DNA of 64,000 nt from Calcarisporiella thermophila CBS 279.70 (Eukaryota > Fungi > Calcarisporiellomycota). Shown in pieces: positions 26,986 through 39,513 of this stretch. Position 1 is the stretch's first letter, and each line of letters starts with the position of its first letter. The DNA lies in assembly GCF_041956535.1 (NCBI RefSeq), contig NW_027192200.1:632024-696023 (forward strand). Direction: 5' to 3'. The notes under the pieces were generated by a model that was not told where the DNA came from, ran no database searches, and worked only from the letters and a program-made list of their open reading frames with translations. A program made the translations under genes and the position numbers.

Positions 26986-29479
26986 ATGTCACTTTCACGG
27001 CCAATAAGTGAGGATGAAGCATCGAATAAGATGACAGTAGCAGTCAAAACAGCTGATCCTGCTAATGGTTTGTAGAATTAATGAAAATGAAATGCTTTTT
27101 TGTATGATTTTAACGTGACATAATACAATTTATTTTGAATCAATAGAAATGACCCTGTTCCAGGCTGCACAGTTTGGCAATTTTCAAGTGCTAAGGGAAT
27201 TATTGGATTCAGGAAAAGCCAAAGCCACTGATCGAGATGAAACCAATGTTACCGCTCTTCATTGGGCTGCTATTAATAATCGTCTTGCGATTGCGAAATT
27301 CTTGATTAGCAGAGGTGCTGAAGTCGACGCTGTGGGTGGGGATTTGATAGCGACTCCACTACATTGGGCCGCAGGGTAAATTGTGTACTCAGTTTTAGTT
27401 TTTGTACTCATATTGATGATTATCTATATAATAGAAATGGACATCTTGCAATAGTTCATCTTTTGTTAAAAGAAGGAGCTAATCCAAATATTCGGGACAA
27501 GCTTGGATATAACACCCTTCAAGTTGCAACACAATCTTCTAATGCGATGTTGGTACTTTATCTATGTTATCAAGGCATGAATGTCAATGATCAGGATCCG
27601 TCTGGGCATACCCCTCTTATGTGGGCCGCTTACCAAGGCGATACTGTAACCGTAGATATTTTGTTAAGATTTCAATCCAACATATACCTGCAGGATAGCG
27701 CAAAATTCACGGCTCTACATTGGGCTGTAGTAAAAGGAACTCTTGGTGTCATTCGTCGTCTGCTTGAAGCTGGCAGTGATGTTACTATGAGAGACGCGAA
27801 TGGGAAGACACCCGCTGATCTAGCCATTGAAATGAAGCGTACTAAGGTGTGGGAACGAAGTTTAAAGGAAACTGGGCGTGATGTGAAGACGGCCAAGATT
27901 GCTCCTGTTTATCTATCAAAGGTAACTCTACTATACCTTGTAGTAGGAAGGAAGCTATTAACCATCATCTGTCGAGATAGAGAGTTTCGAATACCATTAC
28001 CTATTTCCTTCCATTTTTTTTGCTCTTTGTCATGTTTCAAACCCTTTCTTCTCTTCCTTGGTATATTGGGCTGCCAGTCATGATATTCGAGTATATTGGG
28101 TGCTATTTCTTTATTATACGATTTTTGGCCCATGGCCATGGAGCGCTTGCCGTCATGAAATCCCCATGGCTCTCTGCTATCTTTCAGGCTAGTGCATTTT
28201 GGACTGGCGTAACTTGGATATGGAAGATTTTAAATGGTTAGTTTAGGAAATTTTATGGCCAATTGATGATATCTAACCTTTTTTATATTCAGCAACATCA
28301 TACATGTACATATACAATTCGATCTTCTTCTTGTCGTTTACGATTTCCATGTACTCCTTCTACAAGTCAGTGATGGTCGATCCCGGTTTTGTCCCCAAGC
28401 TTTCTGACTGGGAGTCACAAAAAGCAGTACGCATCTTTCGTTCATTTCGAATCATTGAATATACTAAAATAATATATTTATAGGCAGTGATGGAATTAAT
28501 GGACAAGGGAATGCTTGATGCTCGATATTTTTGTTTTACTTGTTTGGTATGCTCAGTTTATATCTACTTTTCCCCTTGAAAATTTAACTTTTTTTCTTTC
28601 TAATAATGCAGACAAAAAAGCCATTGCGCTCGAAGCACTGCAAAGTATGCGATCGATGCGTGGCAAAATTTGATCAGTAAGCAGCGCTGCTCTAATTTCA
28701 CTAATTAACGTGTGGTATTCAATAATTGGATGCATATAGTCATTGCCCATGGATATTTAACTGTATCGGTGCACACAATCATCGCTCCTTTATGCTGTAC
28801 TTAATATTGCTATTAATTGCGATCATTTCTTATGAGCGCTTGACCATTGAATGCAAGTGCTACTCTCCTGTATAGCTATATATATCTAACTAATTTTTTT
28901 TTCTCTGCCTCCCTAGATTTATTGAGCATGTCACCGCCTTATGAACCAATTGAAGGAGATACATGTTTGCTTGGACCAACTGTGTGCGGCTGGTTTCAAT
29001 ACGACACTTGGACGGTTACGCTTGGCCTATGGCTAAGCATACATCTAACATGGTCGATAATACTTTGTTTAATGCAGAGTTACCAAATCGCAATTGCAAT
29101 GACAACAAACGAGAATGCAAATATACACCGATATGAGTATTTAAGGGGAGGAAGCCGCGGAATTAGTGATCAGGTTGTGGCGAAATTAGCTGCTGGTCCC
29201 AGCGGACTCGTCAATGAAGGAGCTGCTGGGAACGGCAGATCTGAAACACACGCAAATCCTCACCGCCACCAGCATAGACATCTCTCGTTATGGCCATTTG
29301 GAAGGCGACGAAATTATCAGTCACTTGCCCCGGGGAGAAATCCCTTCGATTATGGAGGTGTACAGAACTGCCTTGGGTTCTGGACACGAGACCAGCACGG
29401 TCCTCTAAAGCATGTTGACTGGTTTTCCATATACGACGTAGAATCATTAAAGCGCATGGAACAATATGAATTAGTCTAG
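26986..29479 (+). CDS. AKR1: Ankyrin-repeat DHHC palmitoyltransferase
   Basis: Ankyrin repeats ([27 protein letters not shown]), TM segments, [32 protein letters not shown]|[32 protein letters not shown]. Confidence 0.95.
28853..28916 (+). other. Non-canonical GC-AG intron (64 nt) in AKR1
   Basis: GCAAGT donor, CTAAC branch site and CCTAG acceptor; removal gives ATT GAA T|AT TTA TTG and joins the two frames. The unspliced frame hits TAG. Confidence 0.8.
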
Positions 29480-29710
29480 TTTGAATAAATACAGAGTTTC
29501 ATTACTTTTCTCCCTTTTCTTTCGTTTTCTATGTAGAATATCGCCTCTTTACCTTCGTCTGCGTGCTCTTCAATATTCACATAATAATATATCTTTTATA
29601 TAGCAATTCCCATCATTCGATAATATCTCGAAGTTTGAATGGCTGTAATTATATTGTGAATATCATCTTGAAGCCAAAACGGCATATATTATTTTTATTG
29701 AAGATGCTAT

Positions 29711-30848
29711 TTAAAGTTGTTCTTTGTGGTCGGCAGGAGATTCGGATAGATCAGTATCATATCCATGCGGATTATTCGATTGCCACCTCCAAAGATCACG
29801 ACACATTTCTTCTAGTGAGCGCTGTGCACGCCAATTTAGTTCGCGATTAGCCAGAGATGGATCGGCGGTAAGATCAGTAACATCACCTGGCCGTCTGGGA
29901 CCAATTTTATATGGGAGTTCTCTGCCCACGACTTGAGAAAATGCTCGCACCATATCTAGCACGGTATATCCAACACCTGTACCAAGATTGTACACGACAT
30001 AGCCAGGGCTATCGTTTAGTTTATTAAGAGCAGCAAGATGTCCTTGGGCGAGATCAACGACGTGAATGTAATCTCTGAAATTTTAGCAGTGTTAAAAATC
30101 ATTCATAGCAAAAGCCCACTAACAAACTCTCAAATGATTTATCTTACCGGATACATGTTCCATCCTTGGACGCATAGTCGTTTCCGAATACATTCAAAAG
30201 TTCCCGCTTCCCCACCGCCACCTGGGCCAGATAGGGCATCAGGTTATTCGGTACCCCACGGGGATCCTCGCCCATCTTCCCAGAAGGATGCGCCCCTGCT
30301 GGATTAAAATAGCGTAGAATCACGGCGTTCCATCCAGGCTCTGAGTCGCAAACGTCATGAATAATTGTCTCCACCATAGTCTTAGTGCGGCCATAGGGGC
30401 TGATGGGTGCAGTCGGACAAGTTTCTGGAATTGGGATAATGGCAGGTTCACCGTACACTGTGGCAGATGATGAAAATACGATATTGCGCACGTTAAATTC
30501 ACGCATGACTTCAAGCAATACTATGGCGCCTCCAACATTATTGTGGTAGTATTTTAGAGGGATGCGCGCGGATTCACCGACGGCCTTGAGCGCCGCCAAA
30601 TGAATCACCGAAGAGAAATTGTAGCGGAGGAATAGGCCTCGCAGTGCATCACCGTCGCTAATATCCAACTTATGAAATATACAGGTTTTCCCTGTAATAT
30701 CTTCAATACGGCGTATGACTTCGTGGGCCGCATTGGTGTCAACAACTACAACCCGATGCCCAGAATTAAGCAACTCAACAACACAATGGCTGCCAACATA
30801 TCCCGCTCCACCAGTTACAAGAATGTAATTATTATCAGCGCTGGCCAT
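29711..30848 (-). CDS. GAL10: UDP-glucose 4-epimerase (GalE-type, no mutarotase fusion), one intron
   Basis: [63 protein letters not shown]|[15 protein letters not shown]. Confidence 0.95.
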
Positions 30849-31228
30849 GTCGCGTAATAGACTTGGCACGAGATTGTTCTATTATAACTTGCTCCGAGTA
30901 GAAAGAAAATAAATGAGCCTTATATAGGATAAATTTTACTGTGGCAAAATGATTTCGAACTCTATTATTTTTAGAATGGAAATATTCGCATGTTTTCGTC
31001 CTGACGAGGGACAAAGCTTGGCTGACTTATTCACGCTAAAATTGCTTAAGGTAATAAGACATGCGAAAAATAGCTCGAAGTGCAACTAGAAATCACTATA
31101 TATTGCAATGGCATATATATAAATGTACAAAGATATGATTTTATAATAAATTAGATGATCGTCCGGTATTTTTTTTTCTCTCTATAAATTAAATGCAAAA
31201 ATAACAACAGAATATAGCTATAATACAT

Positions 31229-32349
31229 TTAAAGCTCAGGTACGCGAGACTCGATCTCGCAGAACATTCCAAGTGAAGTGGCGTCCACAGGAACGACAGG
31301 CGAGAGATTGTGTGTTCGCGGCACCATCAGATTCAGAATGGCTTGCAATCGATTTTGGGTGTCAGGTACCACTTGAACTAAGCCGACGAATTGTTCGAGA
31401 GTTTCCACGATCACGTCTGTCTTCGGTATGGTAAGGTTATTTTTCAGAAAGCCAAGGAATTCCGTCTCCATCCGCTCCAACCGAGATATTGTAGTGATAC
31501 CAGGAAGTAGTGCAGCAAGACACGCAGTGGATTTTCTTCCGAATGCCATAAGATATTGTTGCTGTGACTGTGCTTGTGATTTGGCCTGTATAAGTGCATG
31601 TAAATATGGGTGCTGCCGCACTCGCTGACTATTTTCAGTGAGGTTTTTCGATGATATTGTTCGACTTTTTCGTAATTGGGGTTGAGCGAGGGAGCCACGG
31701 ATACATGATTGAAGGTACTTGGCGGCCATAAGATATGCGATGAGAAATAGGTTGCAGCTGCATCCTTTCGCGCCATGGGCTTTTGGATACCTCTATAATT
31801 ATTAATCACCAATAGTTCATCAAACTAATCTGTTTAATTATTGCAAACCAAATATACTGACCTTCTTCAATGAATTTAAATATATAATAGCCAGAGCAAG
31901 GGTGGTGGAAGGGCAAAGCACTGGAAAAGCTGAGTCCCGTTCTGTGGACATTGCTATTGCATCTTCCACCGACGTTACTCGGCGCATAATCGTAAGTTGG
32001 AGAACTTTTTGTATGAAACGAACAAGATTCTTTTCGGCAGTAAGGTTAACTTCTGGCTCCCAATCGGACATTAGACGATGAGAGATGCCCTCTAAATATA
32101 TAAATAGAGGGGATTAACCTAAACACGAGGCCCTATTAATAATGGATAAGTCATACCAATTTGCTTTTTCGTTAATAGCTTTCCCTCGATCGAACGAATG
32201 ACATTCAAAAGTATTTCTGCTTGTTTGCTGTTGAATTGGTAGGCATTCGCCGAATAATAAGCTCTCATCGCCTTTTTCGCAGCCACGAATGCAAGTTCTT
32301 GCTTGCTCTCTAAGGAATCTGAGGAACGGTATATTTCGGCGATGTCCAT
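31229..32349 (-). CDS. Cyclin-box protein (Pho85-cyclin/PCL-like, divergent), 3 exons
   Basis: LVRFIQKVL...TLALAIIYLNSLKK|RYP...LFLIAYLMAAKY...RLERMETEFLGFLKNNL matches the cyclin N-terminal helix pattern. Confidence 0.7.
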
Positions 32350-33494
32350 AATTCTCGGGATCTTTTTGAAGCGAATAACCAAAGTTTGGAAATAATTGAT
32401 TTCGGCCCGAGTCTTATATATCAACGCCAAGTCGATATTAAAATCTATCCTTTCATAGTTTAGAAATTTTCGAGAACCAATAGAAAGCACCTTATTCATC
32501 GCTTCTATATATGCACAAATGCTTTTTAGCTGAACCAATAGGCGATTAATCCAATGCGTTCGATAATCCTCTGTTCATTCTTAAAATCAATTTATTTTAG
32601 AGTTGTCCCAATGGCATACTAAGCCATTAGCTGCTGCTTGACACGGATCGATTGCAAGCGTTGACATTCCGTTTCTACAACCATATTTCGCAATTTTCCA
32701 AAGCACAGGCAATAGATATTGGTACATTGAACATAACTTGGAGACGCTCAATTCCAAATGAAAGTGCGGGAATATGAAGGAAGCCGTGACAACTCTCAGG
32801 CTGTACGCCTCAATTGGGAGGTTGAGTATTGCGATGCGCGAGATTTTATGAAAGTTTACCGTAAGCACAGGAATAACACTAGTTCGGGTTTGGCAGCTGA
32901 ATCAAGGCAACAGTCTTCTTTGACCTATAATTATCCTTATTGGAGCAAAATTATATATGATTGTTGCTGAGCGTTCTTAATGATTATTCATGGTTTATTC
33001 CTTGTTTCGGAGACAATGATCACAAGGACAAGAGGCTAATAAAGTGAGTAACAATATGTAGGTCCTTAAATTGCCTAGAGCTGAATACTTGTGTTCTTTG
33101 AATTCCGTTTAGAGTAGAATATAAGTATTCAATCAGCCTACATAGAACATTTTCTGGTCTCCTTTTTCACATAAAATAGACAATTGGATACAGTGAACTA
33201 ATCCTAAAATGAAAATACCTACCTAGTATTACTGAGGCTCTAATATTTCGGGCGTTTACGCTTTATCCATATTTCCAATTTTCCTTTGCTTACCAATTTG
33301 ACAATTGATCACGATACTACATCTCCTAATATATCTTTTTCGTATTCAATCTTTGATTCGCATAGCCTTGGCGGGAGGCAAATATCAATTCAAAAACTAT
33401 TTATGTATCATCTATCTTTTCACATTGTCATAGAATAATGTTTAATTTTTCAAAACGACCTACAGTATCTTCGCTCACTCCAACTGGGCAAGTC

Positions 33495-33877
33495 ATGCCC
33501 GGTAAGTGATCTCAAAATTTGTTTTAATGCTAGCTTTCAAAATGTGGTTTTATTTACGAAACTGATCTCTACTTTTCATACCAGGCTCTGAAAGAGATCG
33601 AAAGCATAAACGGCCAGCAATGTATCAGCAATGTATGCAGCATTCGTGTTTAGAAAGACGACAACGAGCTTCTGGTAGCGGTGGACTTTGCTCCTGGAAA
33701 GGTGGCGGATTTTGGAGCGGGTTCACATCACTAACATCATCTTCCTCATCAGCGTCTACGCCTACAGCATTTTCTGCACCCATAAACCCCCAGGGGCTCT
33801 CATCAACGAAAACAAAAACAGCCGGAACAAATGGAAATGACGATGAAATGAAGTCTAATCCTCCTCCAACCTCATGA
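33495..33877 (+). CDS. Small hypothetical protein (about 99 aa), 2 exons
   Basis: ATG CCC G|GTAAGT...CCAG|GC TCT joins in frame to the 33620-33877 ORF: MPGSERDRKHKRPAMYQQCMQHSCLERRQR... Confidence 0.55.
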
Positions 33878-34344
33878 TTTTCGGATTAATCCCTAGGGAA
33901 ATTGTTAATAGAAGTATACGTGATTCCCCCCTTCTCTTATATTTTTATTTATTTTGTGTAGCTAATTTCTTGCAATTATATTGTAATTTATACTCTCATT
34001 TTGTTGACTGTAACCTTTAAATCCCTTTGCCAAGCCAATATTATTCAGCCTCTCCTTTCACATCAGTTGAATTATTTTATTTCCAGAATTCAGTATCAAG
34101 GCTATCTCTCACGGCAATTCAAATTCTCGATAATCAGAATAGAGTGTGTGAAAAGAGGCAATAGGGTCAATATTTAGGATAACAAGAAGGATATAATGAA
34201 TGGAAACGACAACATTTAACGATTGTTTGTCTTGGTGAGAATGCCTGCTTGGAAGAGATAAAATAATGTGACATAAGGACAGAAGAAATGATTTAACAGC
34301 GGCGTAAAAATCTCGGTTAAATTAAAGCAATAGATTGAGGAGGA

Positions 34345-35866
34345 TTAAAGATCATCATTAGGCCACACGCCAAGTGTCTTGTAATCATCGATAATCTCAC
34401 GCAGTTTCTCTTCGGTCACCTCAGGAACAGTATATTCGAATCCTGTTTCCTCGGCTATAAGCGAGCCATCTACGCTCATTGCATTCCGATAGAGGATTTC
34501 TTGGTCTAAATACGGGGTAAGCGGAGAGGAATTAATGTTCGATGCTTTAAGAAGCTCGGCCCAGGGGGCAAGATGCTTTTCATTAATATCCTCAGTCACA
34601 GATTCTAGGTGGAGCTAGTGGAAGCAAAATATGCATTGGTGGGATCATCTCTATTATTGAGGGGTCTAACGAACTAATACTCACCAGTGCAAAATTCGAA
34701 ATCACTGATCCTTGGAATCCAGACTTGATACCAAATATACGCTCTATCATCTCATTCAGCTTCCCTTGATCTTGTCAACAATAGACTTACATCAGATGCT
34801 TGCTTCCATAGGGTTAGAAATCAATCATACCTAAATCGGACTTATCTGCCAGGTTGAAGATTGGAATTTTTTCATGCTTGCCCTTCTCTATGTACCACAT
34901 AGCAACGTGCCAGCAAGCGCGTGCAACATCTACCACATGCACCGTATTAATTCGTAGGTCCTTTGTCCATAGTAATTTCATCTCTTCGCCAAGTTTTTTG
35001 TACACTCGCCCAATAATAAGGCGCGGTGTGAGACCAGAGGTAGCTCCAGGGCCGTATATAATCGCTGGGCGTAAAACAACAAGATTGAGCCTAGAGGTAA
35101 GATGTTGTGGCAAAATTGGTTTATTCGAACTGGGACAGGCATTAAAGCTTTAGAGTACTCACCCTTCTATTTTGCATAAATCTTCTTCGGCCTTGTGCTT
35201 ATACTTGGCCCTCATGGTCCACGGTTTAATTTTACTATCCTCCTTACTTAAAGACTAAATCCAAAAATATTAACCCAAAGCATTTTTACTCCGTAAGACG
35301 AGTATGCCTACATACCTTATCTGAGTCGTATACCTCTGCGGTTGACATCTCCAGGAAAACTGAGACATTACGTTTTGCAGCTTCTTTTGCGCAATTTACG
35401 GAGAGCTGGTGTACTTTTTCTTCATAAATCTATACCAATTTCCAAGAAAACCTCAAGAATTTTATACAATACTCAAAGAGGACCAATTCTGCATCTTTTC
35501 TTTACCTTTTCATTCTGAGAATATCTCGTCTCAGCGGCCAAGTTGAATACAATATCAAACTCCTTTCCATCTGTTTGAGTATAGCATTTCGAGATAAATG
35601 CTAATAGTATAATATTACGCGTCAGTTTGTTATATTTAGCGAAACTTAAATAAACAAAAACTTTTACCGGGATTGGCAAGATTTCCTTGAATGCATTCCA
35701 CTTTTTCAAACGCTTTTTTACAACGCTCGTTGAAGTTAGATGTTTCCGGCAAACTCTTGTCCACAACTCTGATGTTCCGGGCCAGATTATTTTCGACGAG
35801 ATGGCAGACGAGTTGGCGGCCTACAAAGCCAACTCCTCCAAGAACAAGAACAGACGGCGTTGACAT
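34345..35866 (-). CDS. NAD-dependent epimerase/dehydratase (extended SDR) family protein, 7 exons
   Basis: VLVLGGVGFVGR Rossmann motif, VFNLAAETRY, EMSTAEVY, KPWT..AKYK, VLRPAIIYGPG, INTVHVVDVARACWH, PLTPYLDQE. Confidence 0.9.
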
Positions 35867-36798
35867 TTATAATTTTTTAGGGACAGGTTTACTTGCAAAT
35901 ATTCGAACAGGAGACAAAGGTTTGAAAGAATATGATATCTTCACCGTTCATGGGATTTTTTTTTACCCGTTGTAGTACGGTTCAGATGGAGTGGAGAAAA
36001 GTACTGCAAGGAAATTGAGCCACATGCCATCCTTAATCCAGAACAGCAGCTAAATTGAAGCCTCTCCAATGCCCATTTCGAATTCGTATAAGATACTCCA
36101 TGTTTAAAACTTACATCTCGGTAAAACCATTTTAAAGCGCGAAAAATTTAGTATTTTTCTGACTCACACATGCGTAGATTTCATGTATCATAATATGAAT
36201 TATGCCATTATCTTGTCCTCCAACTTAATATATGGTCTGCGACCTTAACTCTTCATTATTCAAGCAAAAGCAAGTTGTGCTATTGGATATATTCGAGTAA
36301 ATTTACCACATTAAATGGATTACAAAATCGAAATTGTGATCTCATATTTCTAAACAAGCATCTTCTATAAAAGACGTAAAGCCGCCGACCTGAGCTCAAC
36401 TGCTTAAACATGTTGTCCTTTAGGTTGGTCTAACTAAAACTGTCAACTCAATGTTCGCTTCGATTTCAAGAACAGATAGCTTTAGACAATTGTTTGGGCA
36501 AGAGATAAGAGATTCATTTAAAAAGATAAAATTCCCACCTTTTCTATGTAGCAAATGAGTGGTGCAAAAGAAAATGCTGGGAGCTAGATTGGAAAGTAAA
36601 CATGCCTTCTAGCAATTATTACCTCAGGCGTTATGTACAAATATTTATAAAAGGGCTCATCAATATTTTCATTACCATGCCTAGATTGAAATTATACTTA
36701 ATTTCAATCTAGAAGGCCTTTCAGAAATGTCCATTGAATTTTGACTTCAAATTGAATTCGCGCAATAATTAACATAAAAAACCAAAAAATTTGATCGC

Positions 36799-37660
36799 AT
36801 GGAGAAGTCGTTGAAAACCGAGGTGATCACTTTAATTGATGAATACGCTGCGCAGGTGCGTAACCTATTCACATCACTCAGTAAGGTCGCAGAAGGCAAA
36901 ACTCTTCAACCTGAGGAGATGCCTTCAGAAGTAATGGGCCAAGTAGTAGATGTGGATAATCGAATGCAAGCAATTTTAAATCGAGGTGAGATTTTTTTTG
37001 CACATATTCTCTAGCATTTCTTAATTTATTTACACGTTTATTGGTGTAGTTGAGGAGCATCAGGCTGTACAACAGAAACTGGAAAGAACGCGGCAGGACA
37101 TTGAACTGCAGCATAGCACTATATTGAGAATAATGAAGCAGCTCTATGAATCACAGAAGCAGCTTAACTTATATTTAGATTCGACAAAACACAGAATTGA
37201 TTCCATAAAGCAGGCCGAGGAATGTAAGTATTTTTAGGAATTGCTGCATATATATTTGCATCTATGAATGAGATTGATCATTTATTTTTTTTTTCTTCAG
37301 CCGAAGTGACATATGAAGATATTATTGTTTATGCGCGTAAAATCAGCAAGTATACGTCTGCACCGCTAAATTTCGAACAGAATCCGAATCTTGCCAACCC
37401 TCCTTACCCGCAGGATACAGAAATGCGAATGGGATTACTCTTCCGCTCCCAACACGGGGACCTAACAGCTGAACAAGAACATATGCTGGGTAAATTGCTT
37501 TTATTAGGAATTCACTGCAAAATATTTCTTGTGCTGATATTGATGTCATGTAGAGGAAGAAGAATCGGACGTGTCTTCAGTTGATCTTGCTACGGCACAC
37601 GCAAAGAAAGAAGCACAACCTTCTCAAGCATCTATTTTCGACCTAGATCTAAACCCCTAA
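36799..37660 (+). CDS. MED4: Mediator subunit Med4, 4 exons
   Basis: Coiled-coil N-half (EEHQAVQQKLE...), VTYEDIIVYARKISKYTSAP, PPYPQDTEMRMGLL, C-terminal FDLDLNP. Confidence 0.88.
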
Positions 37661-37833
37661 CTTTCTTCCCAATCCTACCGTTGTACATTTTCTCTTATCC
37701 GAATACACTGACATTTTGGTTTAACATTTCCTTATTCAAATCATATTCGACCGAGGCATCGATATATTTTCCTTTTATTATTATACAAAGAAAAAGGATG
37801 AAAGAAAAATAATTCATGCGATTAATAATAGAT

Positions 37834-38231
37834 CTATTTCTTTTTCGTGATCGTCGCGCGTCTTCCTTGACCTGAGAGAATGTAGATTCACAAATTGAAC
37901 AATCAGTTAACTGAGTGAGGTGCTGGCTATTAATAGTTTTCAACAGACCTTTCTTGGGTGCACCTTTCCCTCTCCTCCGTCTTTTCTCGATTTCTTCTAG
38001 ACGCTGCTCTTCATAGATATCCACAAGCTGCATATCTGGGAATGCAGCCTTAACATCGCGGAATTTTATGAGTGCAGGTGGATAGTACTTTTGAAACGTT
38101 GGCCCCTTGAGCCTTTCCCGGAGAATTCGATTTCCTGTGCGCGCTCCTGTGGGGTTATAAACGTTATGAAAAAGAGAGGCGGTGAGTTCAGCTAATTTTG
38201 CAAGACGAGTGGGAGAGGGTGCTGAGGACAT
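37834..38231 (-). CDS. RSM27: Mitochondrial ribosomal protein mS33 (Rsm27), 2 exons
   Basis: YNPTGARTGNRILRERLKGP..KYYP...EEQRL...RRRGKGAPKK|GQGRRA; TAG 37834-37836. Confidence 0.92.
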
Positions 38232-38386
38232 TTTTTTGTCAGATCGATTAAGAAGTATTGTAGTGGTTGCGATCTAAAATTATGTTTACAAGTAAAAGGT
38301 TGTCGTGACGGTGAAATTATTTCAAAAGGAGAGGAAATTTTAGAGTTTTTAACTAGCACCTCATAATATAGTTTCTTCAAGAAGAA

Positions 38387-39321
38387 ATGCCTGGGAATCC
38401 CACACCAACATCGCCACCTTCTTCCTTATCACAGGCGTCTTCTAGTTCAGAATCAGTTCCTACTCAACAAAATCCTAATGATCCTGTACAAGAGTCCAAA
38501 GAACAGCGCAGATTTGAGCGTTGGCGCCGTTCTCTTATGTACATTACCGGTATTGGGCTTTCGGAATCGGAAAAAGAGAAGATTATGCAGGAACGAGAAA
38601 AGGAATTTGAACGCTATGAGTGCAATCGGTGTGAGAAGTGGCGTGATTCTCTGATGAAAAACAGTAAGCATGGGATTTACTCTGGCCTCTACAACTTAAT
38701 TTAATTATTGTTTTCATTAGGTCCTGCTGTTGTATTTATGCTTCAACATCTTGATAAAATTGGCTGTCGTCTCGAGAAACATCACTTTCAATGTATGCCA
38801 TGCGATAAAACACGGAGTGGAGGATTCTCCCCGGAGCATGGCATCCAGCTTTGTCAGAACCGGTTCTTCAGCAAAGCTCATATGGAGGACACGATGGTAC
38901 ATGAGATGATACATATGTTCGATCACTGTCGCTTCAAGGTTAACTGGAATGATTGTTATCATCATGCTTGTAGTGAGGTACAATAGTTTTTTATTTGAAT
39001 TTTGACAATTACTGATATTGATATGTTAAACTCTCAGGTTCGAGCGGCAAGCCTTAGCGGTGATTGCCGGTTGGGAAGAGAGCTCCGCCGGGGCTACTTC
39101 CAATTCACTAAACAACACCAAGTATGTAAATCCCCATAACTCTTCAAAGTAATAGTCTTTTTTAATTCATATAATTCTAGGCATGTGCTCGTCGTCGTGC
39201 AATCCTATCTGTAAAACAAAATCCTGCATGTTCAGAACCCGGCGTTGCAGAGCGAGCTGTGGCGGCAGTATTTGATAGCTGCTTCAACGATACACGCCCA
39301 TTTGATGAAATTTATAAATAA
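38387..39321 (+). CDS. ATP23: Mitochondrial inner membrane metalloprotease Atp23, 4 exons
   Basis: [33 protein letters not shown] (HExxH), HHACSE|[31 protein letters not shown]. Confidence 0.96.
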
Positions 39322-39513
39322 TTGCAAAGTTACCCAGTTAATTAATAGAAATATCTGAATAGAGAAAAAAGTAATGCATTTGTGATATATTTAATCATGC
39401 ATCGAATATCGAATGCATTGAGGAGAAAGTATAAAATATCAAAATGACTAGGAAAAGAGAAAAATCACTTATATATACAGAAAAATTATGGTAAGAATGC
39501 TTAATTTCCCTTT

